Positions 33,643 to 48,296 of a DNA stretch of 64,000 bases are shown piece after piece. Positions within the stretch are counted from its first letter, which is position 1. Every line of letters begins with the position of its first letter. Under the pieces are notes generated by a model. The model did no database searches, had not been told where the DNA came from, and saw nothing but the letters and a program-made list of their open reading frames with translations. This stretch comes from Dudresnaya verticillata (Eukaryota). The translations under genes and the position numbers were made by a program. Location: NCBI GenBank assembly GCA_977862235.1, contig OZ374561.1, positions 2,356,001 to 2,420,000 of the forward strand. Reading direction: 5' to 3'.

Positions 33643-36228
33643 GTGTGCGCTTTGGCGCGGAAAGCCCGAACCGGCTGCATATTTCAGCGACTTCTCAGCG
33701 GCTTCCGCTACAGTTCCCTGTGCACATCCTCACGTCACACCACCATCTCCAACGCCTCCGCGCTTTGGATCGGCGACCCATCTAGGTTCGCGTACTTCCT
33801 CCGTGGCGGCGGTCTGCGCACCTTGCAGAAGCGGGACCCGCTGTACCCTGTCGCCACCGTGCACCGCTTCCTACGGCCGGGTCGTCACGGGCGCAACAGT
33901 CAAGAATAGCCACTGTGGCTGGATAGAAGACCTGTTCACCCCGTGGAAGTCAAGATGAGTTACAGACAGATGGCTTATGGCGCGGCAGGTTCGAGCACCG
34001 GTGTGCTGGGCGTTGATGTTGACGAGGTCGGCGTCCCCTTTTCCATCAAGGAGAGTCGCGATTGGCGCGTACGCACCGACTTGACGCACCTGAAAGCGCA
34101 TGCGGGCGCTGATGTTTCCGACATTCGCCGTCGCGGGATGCGCAAGGCGCAGCGCCGCACGTGGCATTCGCATGCCCGTGCCCGTTTGTCCTTGTTGACG
34201 GGTTTGACCCGCCGCCTGCCCACCCTCACGGGTCCGTGGCAGTGGGACTTAGCGCATCCGCGCTTTCGTCATGAGGTGCGCTACACAGCCACCTTATGCA
34301 ACAAGCTCAACTTGGAGCTGGAGGAGATCCAACAGGTTCACGATAGTGGCCAGTTTGACCTGGGGATGGTAGCGCATGAGCGTCCGCTGATTCGCAGCGG
34401 CAGGGACAACTTCCATAATACCAAAGCGCGTGTCGTGCGCTGGGATGAAACATCCAACTTCAAATACGCGTTGGACAATCCCCAAACGGCCATGGCGTCC
34501 GACCTGGTACGCTTCGAACGTAGGAATCGCCACCGTACTGGCTGTTTTGTGCCAGCGCACTGCCAAGAGGTCCCCTCCATGAAGCCGGATTTCTATAGGG
34601 TCAAATACCCTCAAGTTACGGGCGACCATGCGGATCTGGAAGTCTCCTATTCCATGCCGGTGGGCACGGCCACTATCATAGCCTATCTTGGCTTAGAGAT
34701 GATGGACGGTCATGCCGACGAAAACCTCTCATGGTCGATATGTCGGCATGAGTGGATAGTCATGGTGACTCAGGTGTTTGTCTAAGAAGCCCGTCGGGGC
34801 TTGCTGTACTTCATTAGCGCTCGTCTTCGTGGAGCCATTCGGGCCATAGGCGCGGCCGCCTTCTTTGCCAACTCGGCGGATGCCGAGGATCTGGACCAGC
34901 TATTGGTGTTCTGTGAGCGTATCCGCTGGAGCGGTATCACCAAGCGCAATAGGCACTGGCCAGAGAACACTGGCCACGTAACCCCGGTCTACGACCGCGG
35001 GGACTGGGTCGAGTTCGACCCTGTCAAATGGCATCCAGTCCTCCCCGACTATTTGATGGCGCCGATACCCGGGGAGGGTGAGGCCATTACTCTCGACGAG
35101 GGCGAGCGCCGAACCGGCTACACGAAAGGATGGGTAAGCATCCGTTAGCGAGATGAAGGGCCTAAACACCCTGATGAGGTACCTCCTTTTGATGACACCG
35201 TCGATGGGGAGACTCAGGGGCCGTATGCCCCAGTGTTGCCCCATCATCATCGGGCTGACGCCGAGATTAGGGATCTGTTTGGTCGGAGGGGTTTGGCCAT
35301 CCGCTTGGCTGCCCACTGGGGCATTTATTCCCTCAACCTTCACAGTCTTGCTGACTGGGTGGAGGACGTCTTAGCCGAATATGAGGCTCATTGGATTGGC
35401 ACCCGTGGTCCCATTGAGCGTCTCCTGGCTCATCTGGAGAAATTACCACCATTGGGCGGCCCAAAGGAGGAGCCGGGTGTCCAGGTCAAGAGAGAGCCTG
35501 GCTCTAAGGTTCGCCGCGGCATCGGCTACGGGAAGCCGGGTTCTTCCGCCCAAGGCTCGTCCGGAGCCATTCTGGCACCTGACGCTCGTGAAGCCACTGC
35601 GGCTGACGCGTCGAAGATTCCACGCGAAGAGCCGTCGGCTGGGATCTCTAACGAGGGGTTAACTATATCATCCAAGACCACCGACGGTCCGGCTCAGCCA
35701 TTGGCTTCTCGAGTTGGAGTCCCTCTGCGCTCCGTGCTGCCAGGCTCCATGCCTACTTCTAGCGGCGCGTTACCACGCGTGGCGCCATCTGGGCCTTTGC
35801 AGCTACAGCCGCCTGCAACCAGAGGGGGGTTGGAGGCTTCGCCAGGCCCAAGCCCTACAGTGGCACCGCCGCCGACGTCGAGTCAGGCTGAGCTGCCTTC
35901 GGATGGGGCCAAGGAGGTTTCCTCTGCGCTTCAGAGCGATGAGCCGGTGGCTAAGGACGACTTGATCGTCAAGACGGAACTGGTCCTCAAGGAGGAGGAA
36001 GAGTTGGCTCCTGTGGGGGGCGATATTACGCCGATGGATGTGGACCCGACGACAGCCAACGAGGCTCAAGGAACGGCAATGGAGGGTACCCGCCGGGGTC
36101 GTGGACCGCGTCGTGGCCAGGGTCGGCGGATCATCCGCGAGGTGCGCCGCATCGTGACGACGCGGGCGCCTTCTGCGCCTAACCCGCCTCTTGGCGATGA
36201 AGAGGTCATTGACCTCCTATCGGATTAG
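33643..36228 (+). pseudogene. Large antisense ORF of element B copy 2 (single frame, ~860 codons, three internal stops)
   Basis: ORFs 33643, 33943, 34801 and 35233 share one frame, with stops at 33907, 34783 and 35146. Confidence 0.8.
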
Positions 36229-37182
36229 CCGAGCTAAGCCCCTTGTCTTTGAGGCATCGAGCCTGGTAGGGGTTAGAAGCCTACTCCAGCGGCTTAACCG
36301 CTTAGTAATAAACTTCGTCTTGTATGCGTAACACACTGCTTCGGTAGGCTTCGAGCCTTCACCTCCAGCGCTACTTTTCTTCCTAGTGAGACAGTGGTGC
36401 CTTGCTTGTTCAGGCACCGTGGGACAACCTATTATTGGTTGACCAATACGCCTCCCTAGCGTCTGTCGCTGCCTGAGCGCGTGCCAGCAATGTCGACAGT
36501 TGCTCTACAGTGCAGTGCGACGCACTGTAGCGCATTTTGGCGCAAAAGCCTGTATGGCTGCTAATTGGCCACACCGCTCCGCCACCCTGCTGTAGCCTTT
36601 CCAGGGGCTTTTGGTTGCTCGTTACAAGTACCATTTGGGTGCTAGCGCCATGAGCCCCTTAGGCTTACGCAGCCTCTTTGGACGCCGTCACGGTTTAACG
36701 TGCTTCTCGAATTCTCAGCGTCCATTCGCTTGCTTTTCCCAGATGAAGTGGGGTCTCACGCGTCTCCCCGCAGTTGTCGCAACCCAAGGGTGGGGTGTCG
36801 TAAAGAGACTCATGAGTCTGGGGTTAGGCGCCTTTTTGCCTTACGCCCTTACTGGGTTCAATCCCATCGTGTTGGTAGCGGTAGCGTTGCTTCTGGGCAG
36901 TTCAGCCGCCAGGAAGCGTCGTAACGCTTATGAATTAGGGTCATAATAAATTATAAGTTAGTCAGCGAGACTGTAAATCACCCGCAAATAGCCCTAGCGA
37001 GGCCTCCATAACTTGTACCTTTCAGGAGTGATCCCTTGAGGTAGCCAGGTTTTGGCCATCCTACCCATCAAGGTATTGCCCTGACGCTAGCGTTAGTTGC
37101 TCCTCCGACGAGGCATCGAATCCTAAATCCCCCGCTTACGCTCGCCTTAGCGAGATTATCTTACAGAGTCCACCTCTTGTTC

Positions 37183-37327
37183 ACATCTATCCATTTACAT
37201 GCATCTATCCAGATTCTTGACTCTTCTTCCATCTATCCATAATATACATCTATCCAGAGTCTTGACTCTTCTTTCATCTATCCATTTCCACATCTATCCA
37301 GAGTCTTGACTCTTCTTCCATCCATCT
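37183..37327. repeat. CATCTATCCA tandem array, copy 2
   Basis: Duplicate of 21058-21202. Confidence 0.9.
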
Positions 37328-37587
37328 GGTCGCATCTTCTGAGAGGCTAACCTCTGCGTCTGCGCGCCCGGTCATGGGTGTATCCCGCACATAGCCCATA
37401 GGCTGGACTCATATAGGCGCGAGGATGCCCCTTTCGAAACAGAACCACTGTTCTCCCTCAACTCACAACGATTATATCTCAGAGTCGTAGATATGACTTC
37501 GTACAGCATAACTACTGCTTGGATGTGCGGGTCTGACTGAGCCCAATTGTAGGTCTGGCGCCTTACTCAACACGGTTACTCACTACG

Positions 37588-40500
37588 TTAAGTTTCAGGG
37601 AAAGGTATCCCTTTTTGGCGATGGTACCTCGCCACCAAATTGAGAGGGAGATGCCCCTTGGGCTCCCAAGTGTCCTTGGAAGCTGGGCTCTGGAACCACC
37701 GCACACGATAAAGGTGTGTGTCGGGGTCATAGGAAACGATCCTTTCGTACACGTGTTCGCGTGCTGGTGCCTTCTTGAAGCGCGAGAATTTGCGGCTTGC
37801 CGTCCCTTCAGCCACTGTCGGCGGAGATGATGACGCGTCCACCCCCTCATCTCTAGGAGCATTCTCCTGTCGTTGGGGGACAACAGGCGCAGTATGGGCG
37901 CCGCTAGTTTGCGCATCCCCACCTGTGTCAGCCAGTGTCTCGCCTTCAGCACCAGGTGCTTCGGGATGGGCCGGTTCATTACCGCCTGATGCGGTATTCA
38001 TCGGGGGCCCAGTGCCGTTTGTGTTGGGCCCGTCGGTTGGCCCAGTTGGGCTACTTGAAGGTGCTGCACCTGTCTCCGGTGGCATTTCCACTACTGTGGG
38101 AGTCATGTATAGTGCCAGCGGCGCTTCGTGTGGCGATGAAGCCAAGGTGACTCGGTCCAAAGAGATTGCTTCTCTCTCGCCCTTGATGTCGAGAACCACC
38201 ACATAGGTTCCTCTGTCGAGGACCTTATTTGGCCCAAGGGCTTTCGGGAACAGTTTCCCTTCCCTGCCACGCCTGAAGCGTCCTTCACATTGGTTTCCCG
38301 TTCGAGAAATACCCACGACCCAGGACGTACCTTTTGGTTAGCCGGTCGAATGCGGCTATTAAAGTTGGTTTCATAGCGCTTTTGCGCTAGTTGCATCCTC
38401 GGCAGAGCCGTATCCATGAGCTTTTCCAGTCGAGCGGTTAGGCGCTTCTTGACGTTCGTAGCGGGTATCCCGTCAATGTCTACCGTTTCCGCTTGTTCCA
38501 GTAGTAGGGAAGTCGGTGAATTTGACAATACCAAGTCAAAAGGGGCTAACCCTGTGGCGCGATGCACTGTCGTATTGTAAGCGTACGTGAGCGCTGAGGT
38601 GAACTCGTCCCAGTCCCTCTGGTCTTCCGCTATGAAGTGGCGAAGGCCCGCTAGGATGGTGCGGTCGAACCTCTCGGTTTGCCCATTAGTTTGGGGATGG
38701 TATGTCGACGTGAACATATTCCGAATCCGTAGGATATCGCACACGGCGAGGAAGAACTTAGAGGCAAATTGAGACCCATTGTCTGAAAGGACGTAACGGG
38801 GCGGTCCATAGATAAAGACCCAATGGTCACAAAACGCCTTCGCCACTGTATAGGCGGTTACCGTTTTCATCGGTATTGCTCGCGTCAGCTTTGAGAAGCG
38901 GTCCGTCATAACCAACAGGAACTCGTTCCCTTTCCCGGAGCGGGGTAACGGGCCCAGGATATCGATTCCTACGAACTCTAACGGCATGGTTGCCGGGAAG
39001 AGTTTCATATGCGAAGCATGTTTTCGTAACTTCACCCGCTCTTGTGCGCATTTGACACAATTACGCACGGTGGCGTATACATCCAATGCCATCTCTGGCC
39101 AATATACCTGTCTTCGCAGGTTATGATACATCCGGGTTCCACCTGGGTGTCCCGCCATCTCGGGGTAGTGGGCTAGGTGTAACGCCCTTTCCTTAAGAGA
39201 ACGAGGTATGAGAACCTGTATTGCCTTGTCGTTATACGACTTCCGGACTAGGAGTCCTCGTTCGTCCTCGAGATAGCAACCAGGCTTCCCGGCCTCGAGG
39301 TTCCTTCGGACCCAGATACAGAATTCATCTGTTTTCTGCTCACGGAGCAACTCTTCTGTGGTGATGAGGGATAGTCCCTTTTGTCCAGATTCCTTCTCGG
39401 CCACTTGGGCGATGACCGCTTCGTCATCCGAATCGGACTCATCGACGGGTTCAATTTCCCATACTTCCAACGGTCGCGTGTTGGGCTCCGGTCGCGACCT
39501 TTCGCAGGGTTCGTCCCTCGGATCCGTCTCGAGGACTAGACACGGGATTTCCAAGTCCGGTTCCCATGGCGTGAAGCCATACGTGGGCAGCCGAGATACG
39601 GCATCAGCAATCTGATTCTTTTGCCTTTTCGGTACTGGACCGTGAAGTCGTATTCCAGGAGGCGTAATCTCCAACGGGCCAACCGTCCAGAAGCATCTGT
39701 CATGCTCATCATCCATTTCAGCGCTTGATGGTCTGTATACAGGTCAAAGTGGGACCTTTCTAGATATGGTCTGAGCAATTGTGCCGCCCAGACCACTGCG
39801 AGGCACTCCTTTTCGCCTACAGAATAATTCTTCTCTGCCTTCGTCAGTCCTCTGCTCCAGAAGCCTATCGGGTGTCGAGTCCCGTCTTCTTCGGCTTGCA
39901 TCAGCGCGCAGCCAATTTGGTAGTCGCACGCGTCGGTATCCACCGATAGGGCCTTACCCTCTTGTGGCAACCTAAGAATAGGAGGCGCTATTAGCGCTGC
40001 CTTCAGCAAGCCGAACGCCTCGCGCTGACGTTAATTGAACTGTGGCTGTTCAAAACCCACTTCCTTCTGAAGGAGGGCATTGAGCGGAGCTGCCACGCGA
40101 GCGAAGTTAGGCACGAATCGCCTGTAGACGTTGCATTGACCGATGAAAGACCGCAACTGGGTCTGGGTGGTCGGCTCCTTGAAGCCTTCAATGGCTTGCG
40201 TATTCTTAGTCGCCACTTCTAATAAACCCGGACGGATGACGTGCCCTAGGTAGTCGACACTCTTTGCGAAGAAGTTACACTTCTTGAGTTTCAAGGAGAC
40301 CCCTGCTTCTTGTAATACAGAGAGAATCTCTCTTACGTGCGTGACATCCTCGTCGACAGTCGCAGAGAATACGATAATATCGTCGAGGTATACGAGGCAC
40401 GATTTCCATCGAAATCCTGATAAGAGGATGTCAACCGTTCGTTGAAATGTCGCCGGAGCGTTGCATAGCCCAAAGGGCATCCTGCAGAATTGGAAGCAGC

Positions 40501-42120
40501 CCGCGTGGCATGTAAAAGCAGTCTTATGCTTATCCTCCGGTGAAACCGGAATCTGCCAGTAGCCTGAGTTGCAATCCAAGGTCGTGAAATATTGGGCTTC
40601 GCCCAAAGAGTCCAGACACTCGTCCATGCGTGGCAGAGGATATGTATCCTTCACAGTTATCGCGTTAAGCTTGCGATAGTCTACGCAAAAGCGGAGTGAC
40701 CCGTCGGGCTTCTTAACCAAGACGACGGGGCTCGCAAACTCAGAGCGTGCAGGCTCTATAACGCCTTCTTTGAGCATTTTGTCGACCTCATCCTGTTCTG
40801 CTTGACGGGCTTTAGGGCCCGACCGATACGGTTGCGTAAACACAGGTTTCGAACCTTCTTGGAGCTCAATTCGGTGTTCGGTCACCTTAATGGTGCCGAG
40901 TTGTCCGTCCCACATACCGGCGAACGGTTTCAGCATTTTGAGCACGCGGCGCCGATCCGAAGTGGACAGGTGTTCCAGCTCGAGGTCATCAACCGTACTA
41001 GCGGTTGTCGCTGATGTTGCGATTTTGATTCCAGGCTTAGAGACTATATCCGTCTTCAGAGCAGCAGCAAGCCCCGCCCCCCTACATCGGAGAATGTTTC
41101 GGACGAGGGAAGCGAGTCACTGTCAGGAACATTATCCTCGATGGAGACAGTGTAGACCGGCGTCTGCGTGGGCGCCGGTACAGCCTTGCCAAGGCTTTGA
41201 TTCTTGGAAAGCCGTTGAGGACGCGAAGAGAAGTTCGCGACCTTGACGTGGAAGAGACGGTTCTCTTGAACGTTAACGATTCCATTCGTCAAAACGACTT
41301 GTCGGCGCTCGTATAAGCGGGGTAGGGATTCCAGGAAATGTGTTCCTTTGGCGGAACAGGTAACAGGAACCCATGACTCACTGCCGGGCAGTAAAGTAGT
41401 AGTTTGTGCGACGCGAAGGAGTCGCGAGGTAGGTAACGGGGGAACGTCCATTGGTTCGTCAGACCTGCCTTTACGAGGTATACCGCATCGGCGGCGTAGA
41501 ATTGGGTGAATGGACCCGTCGCGAAGAACCATGTTCTGTTGGCGGACGCGTAACCCTTCCACGTGGGTATCGATAAATGTGCAACCCAATATGGCATCTA
41601 CTGCCAATGCCCTTATGACAACAAAAGGTTGCCGAACCGTGTAGGACCCGAGCCTGATTATCAGGGAGACTGTTCCCAGTGTAGTTAGTCGGTGACTTGA
41701 CGCGGAGGTCAAGTTCACAATTGACCGTGTTGTAGAAATCCGTTTCTTGTCTTTCGGTGATAGAACATCCGCACGGATGAGATTAGGGCCTGCCCCTGTA
41801 TCCAGTACGGAGAGCACACGAGTAAGATCGTCAACAGAAGTCCCGATGGACGCAGCTACTTTATAGTTGTAGCGCGACAAGGAGCAAACGGGATCCTTAC
41901 AATATTCATGATACTTCCGTCCAGGGGGTAAGCCCACGGGACGCGCTAAGATCTTCTTGGAAAGAGAAGTGACAGATTCACTGACAACCGGTCGATCCGT
42001 TGAGGAGAAGCTTTCGAAGCTGTAGCTCGAGGAGCTTGATTCAACGTACCGATCGGGGGGTTCCGGTGCCACCTGAGATATGTGGTGTACCGAAACCGGT
42101 TCCCCCCTCGCTATTTTTTC
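37588..42120 (-). pseudogene. pol: Pol of element B copy 2
   Basis: Same motifs and same frameshifts as copy 1. Confidence 0.95.
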
Positions 42121-44798
42121 GCCTTCATTGCGGGCGACCGCGGTAGCGGTGGAGGTGGTGGAAAGGGACGAGTCCCTTGGCGTGGTGACCTGGGCGTTGG
42201 CCTCGGAGCGTCGATGGGGTGGTTCAATCTAGGTTGAAATTGAACCTGTCGATTTCCCCCTTGACTTGCACCCAAATTTTGACGGGATCCATCCGTTGCC
42301 CTATGGGCGGCCCGGCGGGCCCTCGCTCGTTAGCGAACTCCGGCAGTCGGCCAACGGTCGCCAGCCACGCTTTTTGCTCGTGTGATAGTTGATGAAACTG
42401 TCTTCTTTTTAAAGTCTCAAAAGGCTGCTCATCGGTTCGAGCCAAATGCGGACAGTTGGGCTTTTTATGGCCAATGCCATAGCATTCGAAGCAGATATCA
42501 TTGGGTTGGTCTTCAACCGTCACCCACCCAGGGCGTTGAGTCCTGGTTCGCTGTGCCCAGGCTGGGAGCCTATTGTTGTAGTTCTGCGGTACCGCGTCAA
42601 CTTCACCGTGATACGGTTGGTCGTAGTAATACTGTGTCGACCACGAATCCGATTGGGTCCGCCGTTGATGGTGGCGCTTCGTTAGCGATGGCAGCTACGA
42701 CTGCGTCTTCACTTTCCGCATCAGAGCCGCTGCTCTTTGAAGTATCCGAATCGGAGGCGGATGCATCCTTTGCCTGGCGAATTAGGAGCGCCCGCCCTGA
42801 CTTGTGGGTACGAACCTTCTTCAAGGTCTTCCTTGGTAGCGTCCTATTCGCTTTTGGCGTTCGTCCGCCACCCACTAGCGCCCGATGGGAATCTCCCTGC
42901 GCAGTCGCAAGCTCGACATAATCCGCCAGTCTGGCAGTCTTTGGGTCCAAGGACGACGTACTTAAAAGCGGCTTCACCGCTGGTAGCAAACCCTGAATAA
43001 ACCTGGTTATCAAATCTTGTTCGGTGTATACACCAGCGACTCGACGCGCTTTGTTCTACAACCTTCTCGAAAAGGTCACTTCGTCCTCATCTGGCTCCTG
43101 CACCATTGTGTCCATCTCAGAGGCAATCCTCTCAATATAGACGTCCTTGGCATATGTCCGAAGAAGGTAATTCACGGCTTCGGGCCATTCGATGAAACCA
43201 CCATTGTCGTCACCCGCAGCGTCAAAATTCGCTTCAAACATATCCTTCGCATCCTTCTCGAGGAACTCGGGGATGAAGAGGATAGCGGCACCTTCGCTGA
43301 TATGGGCTTGATCGAGCTGCCTCTTCAGCGTGGCTAAGAAGCCAATAATTGACACTGGGTCACTCCCGTCAAAACGGCGACTCCGCATAACGGACTTGAC
43401 ACGTTTGATTTTCTTCGTGGTCGCCTCGGTCACCTCGGGCCCGCGGTAATCATCCAGGTTCAATAACCTATATCTTCTATAGGACAGCACCTGTATGAAT
43501 GCGGGATTCCTAGGAGTCAACTCCTTCACACCGGAACGTCGGGGACCCCTCCAGGAAGACCATGACGGTCTAGAATGCGAACGGGAACCCGGTCCTTCTT
43601 CATCCGAGGGACCCGGATTAGGGTGAGACCCTGACCGAGGATTCTCCTCGTGACGATGGCTTGAATATCTGTCACGATGAGAATCAACTTGGTCGCGGTG
43701 TGCAGAAGACCCAATTGGTCTGGTGCACTTGCAACCCAGTTGGCAACGGCCTCCATCTCCTTCACCTTGGGACCCACTGTCCGACCCCCTATGGGGTAGC
43801 CTCCTACGCCTGTCGCGCGTACCGCGAGGCACTGGTGAGCGCCGTCTCATGACTTCAGGGATATTATCCCTCTCGCGGGTTACGCGCCGCATCTGCAATT
43901 CCAGAAAAGCGACACGACGCTTCTCCTCATCGAGTTCTTTCCTTAGGACCTCGATGGCTCTGTCCTGTTCAACGCACCGTGCGTTGTCCACGTTAAATTG
44001 AACGTCCGCAATAGCCATTGCGGCTTCTGTCCTGGAAAGGTCGGCAGCCTTCGTGGCTTCATCTAATTCAAGATGAACCGATTCCAACTGGTCCCCCATT
44101 GAGTCCACTTGGGCTTGTAGGGTCTCGACCCTTTCCTTATCTAAACCCCTCAGGGGGCGTTGTTGGCAACGAGAACTGACCATTTCTTGGCACTTAGCCA
44201 GTAGCTGGTCGTCTCGACGCGTGGTGGCGTCGTCGAAATAGCGTTTCACCCGTGTGAGGGTTTCATCCGCCTGGCTTTCAAGCAGCGCCAATACGCTAGT
44301 GCCGAGAGCATTCTCGATGCCGGTCTCGACCAAGTGACCAATTTCACGCTCCGTAAAGCACCGTTGGTCGCTTGAGTTCGCCTTCGTTCTCATCGGCATT
44401 CCGATATCGGGTGGAAGCGATGAAGTCGTTTCTTCGTCTAAGGCCAATCCGCCTGTGTCATGCTGGCTGTAACCAGCTTGAAGCATCGGCGGTGGCAGCG
44501 TACTAGGGTCCGGACTCTCATTCGCACCAATGTTGGCGGTGCTTGCGGCTGCAGTCCGGGCCGTATTTTCTCCTTCAGGGATCTGTCCCTTTCCATGGGC
44601 AGACGGGTCTTCGTCTCCTGGTGCGCCCGCCATTCGGGGCGGGCGTTCCACTTCTCCTACTGTAGGACCTCGAGCCAAAGCGGCTATTACAGCGCGGGTT
44701 CTTGCTCCCGTGGTCCTCACGGAGGATAAGCTGCCGGTACATCTACCAGCCCGGCTTGTTAAGCCTGGGCGGGTGGTTTCACCGTTAGATGTCGGCAT
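42111..44798 (-). pseudogene. gag: Gag of element B copy 2
   Basis: Same ORF fragments as copy 1. Confidence 0.88.
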
Positions 44799-46751
44799 CT
44801 TCTAAACGAGGTTGTTATCGACAACGTTAAAACATAGGATTCGGTCCTGTGGTTGCGCTAATCGGGGAACTTCTCCCTAGGATGGCAAACTTCTCAGAAC
44901 CGTAGTTCTCGGGGTTACGGGCGATTCTGTCCGCGTGGAACTCCCAACGCGCGCGACCGCACAGCCCGTATACAGACGTGTTTTTGTTGACAGGTGTCAC
45001 GATAACCTGCAGGAAGAGTTCCTTGAAGGGGCGTCACTCCACGACCAGGATCTTGTTCCTTGTACACAATTAAAAACCGCAGAAGCGGTGGCAGTTGCTT
45101 GCCTCGAATTTGACGCAACTTCGAAGCTTGGTATGAAGCTGAGAAACCGTCGACACTTGGCCGACTAGGATATCACCCTCAGGAAGTAGTTCCTTGAATT
45201 CTTGCACGGGGAATTCTCGTCCCGTGGGAAGGTCCGAAAGAAGACTTTCGGATGAGGTAGTAAAAAGGGGCCGACCCTGAAAACGATTCTAGGTCGGGAG
45301 ACCACTGTAGTAGTGTTGGTAGTCAAGGCAGAAACCCGGCACCCGGCAAGGACAGCTTCCCTGACGGTGCACAACACACTAGCTTAGGTAGCTCGGGAAA
45401 AGGGGTTGGTAGAGTCTTTGAAAGGCACAGAGCCTAAGGGAAAAGGGGGAAAAGGGGCGGCGCCACCCAGCTCGCACAGAGCAACCGTCGTGTGGAGGCA
45501 AGGCTCGTAAAGCACCTGAAAGGGAGGTTACGGTGAGTCCGTGAATTCCAGAAAAAGGGGAAAGACCCGAAACCCACCGTAGGTTCTATTCAGGAGGCCC
45601 CTGCTACTCAGGGGCCTATTAAGTATACAGAGCCGAAAATGCTCTTACCTCCTATGAGCTATTCTAAGCTATTCTAACTGTCATTATTAATCTAATTGTA
45701 CTGTTGTCAGTTATAAATACGGATTAGTGGTAGTACCGCGTCGGGACGCGTGAGTGGCCACAATAAATTACCCAATGGCAATTTGCCATCAATTTTGGTG
45801 CCAGCAAGGACGCCAGCAGGGCGCCTCATCCTTACAGCGCACGGTGCTTGTGCGCGCCTTACAGCTTGATGTGCGTGGGCGTCTTACACCTTAATGCGCA
45901 CAAATACCTTACAGTGCGCCAGCACTTCTGCTGCGGCTCATTCTTCCACAGAGTGGAGCTTTCGCGGGTACTGTAGGGTCTCCTACTGTAGTCTACCGGA
46001 ATAAACTACTGTAGTGTTTTGCCAAAGCCTCGTGTGTTTTTTATTTCGGTTCGCAATGTGGGATTAGAAAATACCAAAGAAATCATCCCACATCTGTCTG
46101 CTAAAACCTTCTACTGCCTCACAGTGGTGGGCATGAAGTTACAATCAAATTGTGGGCGCTGTTCAACAGCTATAGCAATGTGCCACACCGTAAGAGAATC
46201 GCTGGACATTCTTTTTAGTCTTTCCTGCTAGGACTAAATGTACGTTTATCGGCTCCGCACGCTCCTGGCACCATGCAGGAATGTGTGGAGCCGGCAAACG
46301 GAGCCGGCAAATGTTGCCTGTAGGTGCTGACTGCAACCCACGCATGGTATACCGCGGCAAACCCCACGGTCTCCAAACCTGTCCTGTTGGGGCAGCGCTA
46401 TACCGACTGCTGTGATGGCAATGCTGATACACGGGTTGACACTGCCATTCGTGCCACCCGTGCCATCCGTGCCATCCGCCTGTCTGTGCCAACTCGGTGC
46501 CAGCGCAGCTATGCCGTCTGCAACCAGGGTCACGGTCACGGTCACGGTCACGTTACTGCCATTTACCTCCCAGCTTACACTTCCCTTCTATTTTTACCTT
46601 TTCCCTTGGCTACCCCGCGCCCTTTTTCCCGCCCTAGCGGCCTCTACAGATTCCAGACTTCCAGTTTCCAGACTTCAAGAATCTCAAATATGATTTTATT
46701 GGTTTCAATCTATGCGTAAAGTCTATCACCATTTACTAGCGATTGAAAAGT

Positions 46752-48296
46752 TCATACTGAGCGTAGTTGTTCCGTAACGCATGCGGTTGTCACTGGCTTC
46801 GAATCGCATGGATGTGTCGGAAAAGGAGATGAAGCGCGAACTACAGCTATCCTTGAACTACGCAGCATATCAGAAAGAAGCGCGTGACGGTTCATATTCT
46901 TTGCACTACGGCTCCGGGAAAACAACATCTGATGTAGAGCAGCCATTTGTAGCAGCTCCGGTGTTCGTTTAGGGGCACCGACAACAAGTGTTGACACTCT
47001 CTTACAGTCGTTCATATCTGGAAGCCCGCAGAAGGCAAAAGGCATACCTTCAGATATACCACTTCTGATATACTTCCCCAATCCTCCAATTGGCTTCAAT
47101 GAGAAGTCAACAAAAAGGCCTCCAAACTTGTGTAGAATATGCATCTTCGCGAAGTCTTCGAAGGCTTCATTTCTGTTTTGATAGGTTGTCCAATAGTGCT
47201 TCATAATGTTAGGGAAATACTTCAGGAGAAGATCGCTGGTCCAAACTAGGGTGATACATCCTGTGTTACTGTTCTCCCACTGACTAATCCGTAAGGCCTT
47301 TTCCGGGGCGAGCGGAGAACATTCAGCCCCATCCATGCATGAAAGGTCTATAAAATGGAAGATGTCATTCGGATTCCCAGTATTGGACTTGAGAACAACC
47401 CAAGACCGAAAGATTGTTAGGTGCCAGTCTGGCCATGAAATGTATTGGTCGCGCAGTGCGAAGAATAAGTTGACTGCGCCTTTGACAGCCTGTGCGCTGT
47501 AGTCCACGGAGCCGTCTGCTTGAATATTCCAGTTCTGGCCATCTTTGAGCCGAACATTGAGACTATCAGCATAGTCATGCCCTGAGATCACTCCCCCGAC
47601 TCGAACTTTTGGGTACCAAGCTTCTAAATCCTCCATGACGCCTTGGTAATCATGTCGTGCGTCAACGAAGGCGTAATCAAAAGAGGAAGACTCGAATCTT
47701 TCAGCGCAAATCGCAGAGTAGTTATGGCATACCTCAATCTTTTCTTTCCAACGCTCCACATTGGACAGAGCAGTCCTCTTATAGTCCTCGTGAACACTCT
47801 GTTGTACATTTGAAAAGTCCAAATAATTCTCTTGGGGCCCCCATAGATCAACAAGAACGTATTTCTCACAAGACTTCCAATGCTTTAAGATCCTTTGAGA
47901 AAAGCGGCCTTTTTGAACACCTACCTCTACTCCGTTCTTCAGTGAAAGAAAATCCAATACACTTCCGATTACGTTCCTGGTTGTGTTCTTTGTGAAGGTA
48001 ATCCGATTTGCTTTTGTTTCATCTATATCGAAGCCAAAATTTTCAGCCCTCTTAAGTCGAGTTGTCAAGATATTTCCAGAACGCCGTTCTGGTTTGCGTT
48101 CCTGAAGATGGGACATGTCTCGGTACAAGTGGAACCGTGATGCATTTGTTGAGTAAGACGGTGAGACTGCCCCCTTCTTGGCATGTAGCATTGGAGCCAG
48201 CAGAAATATGAGTAAGATAGACACTATGGGAATCCATTGGAAACGAGAACACACAACTGGTACTTTCCACCGATTCGAAGAGTACATAGGAGGCAT
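46752..48296 (-). CDS. Methyltransferase/GT32-like fusion protein, copy 2
   Basis: Translation appears identical to 30627-32171. Confidence 0.8.
   Translation of the reverse strand: MPPMYSSNRWKVPVVCSRFQWIPIVSILLIFLLAPMLHAKKGAVSPSYSTNASRFHLYRDMSHLQERKPERRSGNILTTRLKRAENFGFDIDETKANRITFTKNTTRNVIGSVLDFLSLKNGVEVGVQKGRFSQRILKHWKSCEKYVLVDLWGPQENYLDFSNVQQSVHEDYKRTALSNVERWKEKIEVCHNYSAICAERFESSSFDYAFVDARHDYQGVMEDLEAWYPKVRVGGVISGHDYADSLNVRLKDGQNWNIQADGSVDYSAQAVKGAVNLFFALRDQYISWPDWHLTIFRSWVVLKSNTGNPNDIFHFIDLSCMDGAECSPLAPEKALRISQWENSNTGCITLVWTSDLLLKYFPNIMKHYWTTYQNRNEAFEDFAKMHILHKFGGLFVDFSLKPIGGLGKYIRSGISEGMPFAFCGLPDMNDCKRVSTLVVGAPKRTPELLQMAALHQMLFSRSRSAKNMNRHALLSDMLRSSRIAVVRASSPFPTHPCDSKPVTTACVTEQLRSV

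Larger units (their letters stand above)
32780..45950 (-). mobile_element. LTR retrotransposon B, copy 2 (from the segmental duplication); LTRs 32780-33424 and 45306-45950, PBS 45284-45304
   Basis: Same TSD GAGTG and same flanks as copy 1, so not an independent insertion. Confidence 0.97.

Noticed and set aside
32780..45950. Independent second insertion of element B
   Set aside because: Same TSD, flanks and frameshifts as copy 1; it is part of the segmental duplication.
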